This document shows positions 9,060-15,824 of a stretch of 15,824 nucleotides of DNA, piece by piece; within the stretch, counting starts at the first letter, position 1, and every line of letters begins with the position of its first letter. The stretch spans positions 1 through 15,824 of the forward strand of contig NIVC01003071.1 in NCBI GenBank assembly GCA_002269645.1, in the 5' to 3' direction. This DNA comes from Macrostomum lignano (Eukaryota). The notes under the pieces were generated by a model. The model did no database searches. It saw only the letters and a list, made by a program, of their open reading frames with translations, and was not told the DNA's origin. Position numbers and translations under genes: made by a program.

Positions 9060-9705
9060 AGCGAATTTTGCGAGGTAGCTATACCAGTATTGGGTGCTTG
9101 CGAGGTAGAAGGCTCCTACAGCAGCCTGAGAGTTTTAAAAAATGGTGAACATCCGCCTCCAACTGCGGAATCCGGTCTTTAGCACCTCGGGCCTAGGCTC
9201 ATCTTCTTCCAGCCTGATTATCCTTCATGGTAAAGGAGATCAAACATTCGTCTCCTGTGACGACATCCGACAGTCGTCGTGGGCCGTGGGGCTCAAACAT
9301 TTGCACCCACAAGCGACAGATGCGCACCCTCTCTGCTTGCTGCTCTGGAGTGAGAGGATGGGGTACCCATCGAGCGCAGGTCTTTGTGCGGCCAAGTTGC
9401 TCATGCATGATGTTATGAGCACTTCCATAGCTGACACCAAGCTCATAGGCAAGGAATCTCAGCTTAATGCTCCGATCCTCACGAATTTTTGGATCGGCAC
9501 GGGCCACGACATCTTCGGCCACGGATGTCCGGGGTCAGCCAGACCTCGGCTCATCGTTGAAGCTGTCCCGGCCTTCTGAGAAATGGCGCACCTAGCGGGC
9601 AACTGTGTCAAATGATGGAGCAGAGTTAGCTAAAACATTTACCAGATCAGTATAAATATCAGTCGCTCTGCAGCCAAGTTGCATTCGCATAAAGATATAG
9701 AACAA
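9060..9705 (-). pseudogene. Old mariner transposase, N-terminal half (HTH domains to first catalytic Asp)
   Basis: YIFMRMQLG..DIYTDL..APSFDTVAR*VRHFSEGRDSFNDEPRSG*P..IREDR..CARWVPHPL..VVTGDE, then after a frameshift EPRPEVLK.GFRS.RRMFTIF. Contains two nonsense codons. The second and third catalytic Asp are missing. Confidence 0.9.
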
Positions 9706-10039
9706 ACAGATATATATAGAGCACATATTAACTTTATTATTTACACATGACTAGGAAAGAAAAACAGAACACATTTTTAAGCAGCATCAACAGGACAGAA
9801 AAACACATACACACATTGCACTGGTAAATACGAGCAAAGCTCAAATATGGGGCACTTATTGGGACAACATTGTGCGGGATGTGATGTTAGAGGCATTTAT
9901 TGTGACGCACTTAATGGGAAATAGTCTGTTTTTTAACGCGGCTACTGTCTGTGACTAGAAAATGGTTCTTGTAGTTGAGCCAGCAAAGTATAGCTCTCTC
10001 TAAATAAACAAAACAGAATAGCTTTCTAAGTAGCTTAAG

Positions 10040-11189
10040 TTTGAGTTTGGGAATATGTGAAACTTTGCTCAGTCAATGATTGCGTTCATGAGGTGTGTCT
10101 ACACTACAAAACTTTCACACCGCTTCTGAAGCCGAGTTCCGCTGATGCGTCGCGGATTGAGCAGAACTTGAATGCGGTCTCCGCAAGCACAGACGCCACT
10201 GGTTCAAGCCTTGTCGCTGAACTAGCTAGTGCCATTCCGCCTGCTCAACAGCAGCCTCCAGCCGGCTTCAGCCAGACAGTTGGTCAGCCGCCAAGTGGTC
10301 GCGAAATCGATCAGTTGTTTTATGCACCAGTGGTGTGTGTATTGTTCTGAAGATGCAAATTACAACCGGTCTCAAATCCGAAGTCGTGCTGTGAGCCACA
10401 TTTTGGGGCTCTAGCTTTTGCTTTTAATGATAATGATCCATATCATCTGGAAAGCAATACTGGAACTGATTGTTCAGCTGGAGCTGTAGTTGGTTGCTCA
10501 AATTACGAAAATTTTGCTGCAGTCAATTCGAATTTTTATCCTCAGATGAATGCCTTGTCTGTGGTTCAAGATTTTTCTGCGCATTCAATGCCGTCCCAAC
10601 TCGCTGATTTTTGTAACTGCGAATGCTGAAGATGGTGATCAGGTGACATTTTCAGCTAATGTCAATGTTAGTTCCGCGCGGATTGAAGAAAAAGGTGTCT
10701 CAATTACTCTACCTGTTTCCTTAAAGGCTGAGGATGACGCAGGATGCAGTGTTGTTTTGCAAAAGCTTGTCAAAAGACAACAAAGCTGCATTATTGCAAA
10801 TATTGTGGCAAAATGTTGACAAAAATCTCTCGGCACTACAAAACAGCTCATAAAGCAGAATCTGACGTTAAGCGCTTGCAGCAGATCCGCCGTGAGTCCA
10901 TTCGTAGAGAGGCATTAAAGGCCCTTGAAGTGAAGGCAATTATATTCACAATAAAATGGTTTTCGCAAAACGAGAAGGTGAATTGATAATTACAAGGAGA
11001 CAAAAGGACGATGAAAGTTCTCCAGCGAGTTTTCTTCCCTGTCATCGATGCTTTCAATTCATAAAGAAGGATCTTCTCTACCGCCACAGAAACGCATGCT
11101 TCGGTAGCCTGGCTGATATTATTAAGGAAGACGAGAATGACGCCAATGGAGACACTGAGAACTCTTTGTCTGCGGGCACCAGTCTTTAG
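10040..11189 (+). pseudogene. Frameshifted ORF ending in the zinc-finger region typical of large Crypton-like tyrosine-recombinase elements (YR domain absent)
   Basis: HYCKYCGK..KISRHYKTAH..E..V, then after a frameshift near 10933 GNYIHN..V....GELI..RR......FLPCHRC....K..LYRH..AC. I recall this pattern from animal YR-element proteins. The upstream 10040-10740 region is mostly open across frame switches but low in information. Confidence 0.6.
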
Positions 11190-11201
11190 CCAGGATTAGG
11201 A

Positions 11202-11634
11202 TTATACTGGATTAGCCTGGTCTCCCGACTCAGACAAGGCCGAGCTGGCCTGTCTGGCCGCTTGCAATGTAAGAACGCAGGTAATCCATGTAATCCAGAA
11301 ATCGTTTGCGGCTGTGGGCCACAAACGCTTTCCCGCGAGCTTTTTCCTATCTTCAGTAGGATGCTCCTTAATAAGATGTTTTTTCAAACTCTTCACTGAC
11401 AAATTGGCAAAATGGGCACAAAAGGATCCCTAGGTTTCCTTTTCCGCGATTTGTACTGGCTTTAGCCTCATACAGAGTAAACAATTCGATCGCTTTTAGC
11501 CTCATTTCGCACTTCAGGTTATGCACTGACTGACAATGCTGCACTATTTCATCCCCCCGAACTTTGAAAGAGCAGAGCGGACATGTGCGTATTGCACCGT
11601 GACTTCCGCGCTTACCTTCACCTCCCGAGGACAT
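11202..11634 (-). pseudogene. Degenerate two-C2H2 zinc-finger fragment, origin unknown
   Basis: CPLCSFKVRGDEIVQHCQSVH, and CPFCQFV/VKSLKKHLIKEH joined across a frameshift near 11395. Confidence 0.5.
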
Positions 11635-11662
11635 TCCTGATTTTCAGGGAAGAAGTCATCTA

Positions 11663-11690
11663 CGAAGGGTGCTTATTAAGTTCCCGGAAA
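11663..11690 (+). repeat. Mariner 5' terminal inverted repeat (unpaired)
   Basis: TA-CGAAGGGTG..TAAGTT resembles the TACGAGGG..AAGT termini of irritans-subfamily mariners and sits at the expected distance upstream of the ORF. Confidence 0.7.
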
Positions 11691-11831
11691 ATGCAGCTTA
11701 AAAACGCGCCAATTAAACGAAACTTGACCAGCAGTTAGGGTTGGATGTTCTTCGTTTGCTTGTAAAATTTCAGCTTAATCGGTCGCAATGATCCGCCGCA
11801 GTGGCCAAAGTTTGGCTGAAAAAGTGCCCCC

Positions 11832-12896
11832 TTGCCACAGCTGACTGACCGCGACAGGCGAGTGGCGATCCTGGTACAGTTTCGGCTGGGCAGCTCTGCG
11901 GCCACCTGCCTCCAGACGCTGCGTGAGGCTCTTCAGGATCAAGCACCATCCCAGTCGATGGTGTATGAGTGGTTTGCGTGCTTCCGCTGTGGCTCGGCCA
12001 CTCTGGACGACGATCCTCGCGAGGGGCGGCCGAGTTCGGCCGTGTCCGACGGAGTCGTTGCTGCTGTTCGACGCCACGTGGACGAAGATCGGCGAGTGAC
12101 GATTCGCTGGTTGGAGCAGCTCGTCGGGGTGTCGGATTCCACCATCATTAAGATCCTGCACCAGCACCTCGGCATGAGGAAGCTGTCCGCTCGCTGGGTA
12201 CCCCACCAGCTCAGCGCTGACCAGATGCGAGCCCGAGTTGAGTTTGCCGACCTCATGGCGGCCAGGTTTGACGAAGGCCGCTCAAAGTTGGTGGATAACA
12301 TCCTCACTAGCGACGAAACATGGGTCTACTTCTATGACCCAGAGACCAAAGAGCAGAGTCGGCAGTGGGTTACCATCGAGGAAGATGCTCCTCTCAAATT
12401 TCGTCGCGAGCGCAGCGTCGGGAAATTGATGGCGGCCGTTTTCTTCCGACGCAGTGGCATCCTGCCGCCAGTGCTGCTGCAGCAAGGCGCCACAGTGACA
12501 GCAGAATGGTACAGCACCGTCTGTTTGCCTCAGGTTCTGCAGGCGCTTGCACAACAGCGGCCGAAGACGCTTGACAAAGGCATCTTCCTCCATCAAGACA
12601 ACGCTCCCGCGCACCGGGCACGAGTGACCCAGGAGTTCCTTCAGGCGACCGAGCTCGTCCAGCTGCCGCATCCGGCATATTCGCCGGACCTGGCGCCTGC
12701 TAACTTCTTCCTCTTTCCCAGAATAAAGAAAAATCTGAAGGGGAAGCGCTTTGACTCCAGGGAGGAGCTGGTTTTTGCGCTGCAAGCTGAGCTGGACAGC
12801 TTCACCAAAGCTGATCTCAGGCGGTGCTTCGATGCATGGTTCCAGCGCCTGCAAAAGTGCTCCGAATTGGGTGGAAATTATGTTGAGAAGTTATAA
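11832..12896 (+). CDS. Mariner transposase, full-length open frame (354 codons), D,D34N, starts at TTG
   Basis: APSQSMVYEW..F, DDPREGRP, ARWVPHQL, TSDETW (D at 12312), HQDNAPAH (D at 12597), YSPDLAPANFFLFP (N at 12702), GGNYVEKL. The first in-frame ATG is codon 43 (11958). Translation in vivo is uncertain. Confidence 0.85.
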   Translation: MPQLTDRDRRVAILVQFRLGSSAATCLQTLREALQDQAPSQSMVYEWFACFRCGSATLDDDPREGRPSSAVSDGVVAAVRRHVDEDRRVTIRWLEQLVGVSDSTIIKILHQHLGMRKLSARWVPHQLSADQMRARVEFADLMAARFDEGRSKLVDNILTSDETWVYFYDPETKEQSRQWVTIEEDAPLKFRRERSVGKLMAAVFFRRSGILPPVLLQQGATVTAEWYSTVCLPQVLQALAQQRPKTLDKGIFLHQDNAPAHRARVTQEFLQATELVQLPHPAYSPDLAPANFFLFPRIKKNLKGKRFDSREELVFALQAELDSFTKADLRRCFDAWFQRLQKCSELGGNYVEKL

Positions 12897-13059
12897 AGTC
12901 ACCAATATGGTTACGCAATCTAAATCTAAATTCAATGGCGCTGGCTTGAATTGTGGAGTTGCGATAAAGTAGGAGTTTGCGATATTGGAGAGCGTACAAT
13001 GAGTATATAAAGTAAAATTCATAGGAATCTTCTTTTTAATGCTGTGCTTTTAATTTTTC

Positions 13060-13420
13060 GAATCTAAGCAAAGAAATTATATTCCCGAACTCAGCGTTTC
13101 AAGCACTTTCTAGCAGTACAGCATTTCTAGCAGTCTTCTGAAAGTAAAAAACTCGAAGCACAAACAACGATTGAACATTCCTGCTTTAAAGCATTCAAAT
13201 TCATAAGGTGTACATTCAGCGCTAGCTACAGTGAGAGGCCTGCAAGTTGATGCATTGAAATTAACAACCAAGCCAGCCCATGAATGATTGAATAGCGACA
13301 CTGGCCCCTCAATTAAAATGTGTTGCGCAACCTTTCAACGCTTGTAGCTCTCCACGCGAGTGTAGAGAACCAATGCTATAGTTGGCACTGAGTTATGATG
13401 CAATACAATTCCATCGGCAG
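13060..13420 (-). pseudogene. Possible degenerate SET-domain remnant
   Basis: ILIEGPVSLFNHSW resembles the SET motif GP...NHSC with a one-base change. A downstream frame gives SIVVCASSF..SEDC*KCCTARKC (post-SET-like). Several stops; weak. Confidence 0.2.
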
Positions 13421-13744
13421 TCAGACTGCTTCTCAATCGGAAAGAACTGTTTGAACTTTAAAAAACAGGGAGAAAATCGAGTTTTTCGAATATTTAAGCC
13501 CGAAAAAATGAAGCAACTTCTTAGAAAAGTTTTGTGTACCAGCGCACCCTCAATACGCATCGAATGCAGAAAAACCCACGAAATTCCAATCATGTAGAGT
13601 CAAGTTAAGCGAAGGTTCCTATAGGTACATAGTTTTGATTTTTTGTATATTGGACTAGCAATCTACGCCCCGTTGGGGAACCAAAGAAATGCAAAACACG
13701 TTTTTTTAATAAGCTACATGTATCCTTGAAATCTTATGAAATCT

Positions 13745-13876
13745 GATTTTTACATGACGCTTTATTGATTTTTTCATGGCGCTTCTATGATTTTCTACAT
13801 GACGCTTCTATGCTTTTTACATGACGCTTCTATGATTGTTTACATGACGCTTCTATGATTTTTTTACATGACGCTT
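13745..13876. repeat. Minisatellite, ~22-23 bp unit x6
   Basis: Consensus gatttttacatgacgcttctat, six contiguous slightly diverged units with no unique spacers. Confidence 0.95.
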
Positions 13877-13880
13877 GAAT

Positions 13881-14000
13881 GGGGAGAACTAAAGGTCGTG
13901 GAGACCCAGAGCTAGGAGTCAGGAAAGGGAGAACTTAAAGGTCGTGAAGACCCAGAATAGGAGACTAAAAGGGGAAATTTAAGGTCGTGCAGACCCAAGA
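13881..14000. repeat. Diverged tandem repeat, ~43-46 bp unit x2.6
   Basis: Core aaggtcgtg.agaccca at 13892, 13938 and 13981, each preceded by a GGGGA/GGGAGAA purine tract. Confidence 0.85.
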
Positions 14001-14186
14001 AAGCCGTGCAGGCTAATAAAACTTATTAGGCGCCAAGAAATTAGGCATTCATTAGGGGAATAAATTCGCTACCGCTGGACACCTTTGATCCTCGGAAAAC
14101 GCAGACCTTTCGGATTGAATTAGGAAATTGGACAGTGTCTTACCGCTCAGGCACTACACGCTATCACGAGGTTTCTAAGAAATTAC

Positions 14187-14966
14187 GTGAATTATGTGTT
14201 TCTAGGAAAAATCGTAACTATCAAAGCACTGCTGACAGACAATGGACTTCATTTGCTTCAGTTTGCATGCAAAGTTCAGCGAGGAGCATTTACTCATGCA
14301 CTTCGTAGCTTCACAGCAAAGCTGCATTTCTGTTCGCCAAAGGCTTACAAGTTCGTCCGGCGATTCCTCAAACTACCTGCCGCATCGACCATACGTAGAT
14401 GGATGCGCAATGTCGACGCTAACCCAGGGATTTCGGAAACTGCGATCAGCAAAATACACAGCATCTGTACCCAGTCTCATTCGGATACCGATTGGGTGCT
14501 TCTAATCGATGCGATGGCAATAAGGAAGGGGACATGCTGGAGTAACGAAAAGAAGTGTGTGACTAGCTATGAGGAGCTTGGGCCTAGTAACGAATAACGA
14601 AGTGATGCCAGAGAAGCTCTGGCTTCAGATGCAGTTGCCATCATGGCATGTAGCTTAGTCGGTGCCTGGAAGATTCCTGTTGCGTCGACATTGTGCGCGA
14701 GAAACACACCAGAGAAGCAGAAACTTCTAATTATGCAGACGATCACAGCGAAAGCTACTGTTCGAGCAGTTGTCTCCGACTGCTGTCCTGTTAACATCTG
14801 CACACTGAAACAGATGGGCGCACAGTTGTTACAGAAGCCATGGTTCAATGTAGAATCTCAACAAGCTCGGATTTTCTACTTCCTGGACAACAGCCATCTG
14901 ATCAAACTTGTTCGTGATGTGGCCGCAGCGTTCTGCTGCAAGCATAGGGCCGCAGTCACATCTTAG
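14187..14966 (+). pseudogene. P-element/THAP9-type transposase fragment
   Basis: LRSFTAKLHFCSPKAYKFVR..LP..STIRRW..VDANPG, LLIDAMAIRK (D at 14508), WKIPVA, VVSD (14778) and FLDNSHLIKLVR (D-x2-H, 14886). ORFs 14187-14597 and 14643-14966 are in the same frame, split by one TAA. No THAP domain, no C-terminal half, no TIR. Confidence 0.9.
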
Positions 14967-15669
14967 GCACTTCTGTCCGCTGCGCTGTATCTGGAATAGG
15001 AACTGTTCTGCCGCCTCCATGCACTCTAAGCAGCCTTCCTTGGCGCTCAGAAGTTGCACAATATGGCGCAATCGAGTCGTCATAATGAGGCTTATTAACA
15101 TAAGGAAATTAGGAAGTCTTTCTAGCCTAGGGTTAGTTAGTGGAAGCCGCCGAAATTTGGTGCTTGCCTGTACTGATGTTGCCTGGCCTGCCGCGTACGA
15201 TCGCTCAGTGTACGCAAGTCTAGTTAGCTGCACTCCTCCCCTTGTTCGCTCGCTGGACCCTCTCCCCTTTGCTCTCTCGTTCCTCCGCCGTCCGAGCCTC
15301 TCCATGCGTCATTCTATTTTAGACTGAGGGTTTCGCGGACCCGTGTCCCGATTCGAACCTTCCTTGTGCAGCATTGTGCGCACAAGCCCAAATTTGGCAT
15401 GCTATTTTACTAGTGGCTTGAAGCTCTGTCGGCGCTTCGTACAAGCTACCCTCCCCCATGTTTAATCAATATCTGTTGTGCATCATTATCCGCACTTTTC
15501 GGGCTGATGTTCCATGTTCAAGCCACGGAATGCTCAAACGCTCCACCCTCCGCGTTCTATATCAATGCATGCAGGCCGTTTGTCTGAATTTCTTCTCAGA
15601 ACCGCCTCGTGAGGACTTGTCGAGAGCTCCAAGTCTAGCGCTCTAGCGCCGGTTAACAGCGAAGCAAAT

Positions 15670-15744
15670 CTCCTGAGCAGGTCTTGGTAGAGCAAAGCAT
15701 CGCTAGAAGCAGACGCAAGCTCCTGAGCAGGTCTTGGTAGAGCA
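15670..15744. repeat. 25-bp direct repeat, period 50 bp
   Basis: ctcctgagcaggtcttggtagagca at 15670-15694 and 15720-15744. Confidence 0.9.
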
Positions 15745-15824
15745 TTGCTAGTGCTATAGCTCTGGTCTTCCAGCCTACCCTATTGGCAGGAAATCAGTTG
15801 GCTGAAGCCATTCTGCTGCTTGTC

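Larger units (their letters stand above)
11661..12896 (+). mobile_element. Mariner element (irritans-like), left end intact, right TIR missing
   Basis: TA target at 11661-11662, then the TIR-like CGAAGGGTGCTTATTAAGTTCC, about 170 bp of 5' leader, and the transposase ORF. No reverse-complement TIR is found after the stop or elsewhere in the window. Confidence 0.9.

Noticed and set aside
11775-12854. Antisense ORFs 11775-12206, 11939-12307, 12282-12854
   Set aside because: Reverse-strand shadows of the GC-rich mariner ORF.
11832-13420. A SETMAR-like SET-mariner fusion gene
   Set aside because: The SET-like remnant is downstream and on the opposite strand to the transposase, so no fusion transcript is possible; the SET call is also weak.
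13745-14000. CRISPR array
   Set aside because: The units are contiguous and degenerate, with no unique spacers.
14829-15327. ORF 14829-15305 (-) with CLEC..CLRCDC..CGH cluster as a PHD/zinc-finger gene, and ORF 14908-15327 (+)
   Set aside because: Cys/His spacing does not fit PHD, RING or CCHC; both overlap the P fragment and lack other motifs.
1-15824. Prokaryotic features (operons, RBS, terminators) and ORF starts at TTG/GTG/CTG
   Set aside because: All recognisable content is eukaryotic TE sequence, so the non-ATG starts in the ORF track are not evidence of translation.

Overview
Eukaryotic (most likely invertebrate animal) DNA made almost entirely of truncated or decayed transposable elements. 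No intact host gene, rRNA, tRNA or CRISPR array is supported. Left to right: an unidentified frameshifted coding remnant (+); a Ty3/Gypsy LTR retrotransposon (-, 5' truncated in gag, 3 frameshifts, PPT and 3' LTR start visible); a decayed LINE (+, ORF1 zinc knuckles and APE endonuclease, no RT); a Crypton-type tyrosine recombinase C-terminus (-) bracketed by repeated motifs and palindromes; a piggyBac remnant (+); an old mariner 5' half (-); a second Crypton-like zinc-finger N-terminus (+); a C2H2 remnant (-); a mariner with an open 354-codon frame but a D,D34N triad, no ATG at the expected start and no 3' TIR (+); a weak SET-like remnant (-); two minisatellites; and a P-element/THAP9-type transposase fragment (+). 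The most unusual observations are the D,D34N mariner, the candidate recombinase-binding architecture around the Crypton fragment, and the strand alternation of successive fragments. Family calls come from motif recognition by eye; no database search was run.
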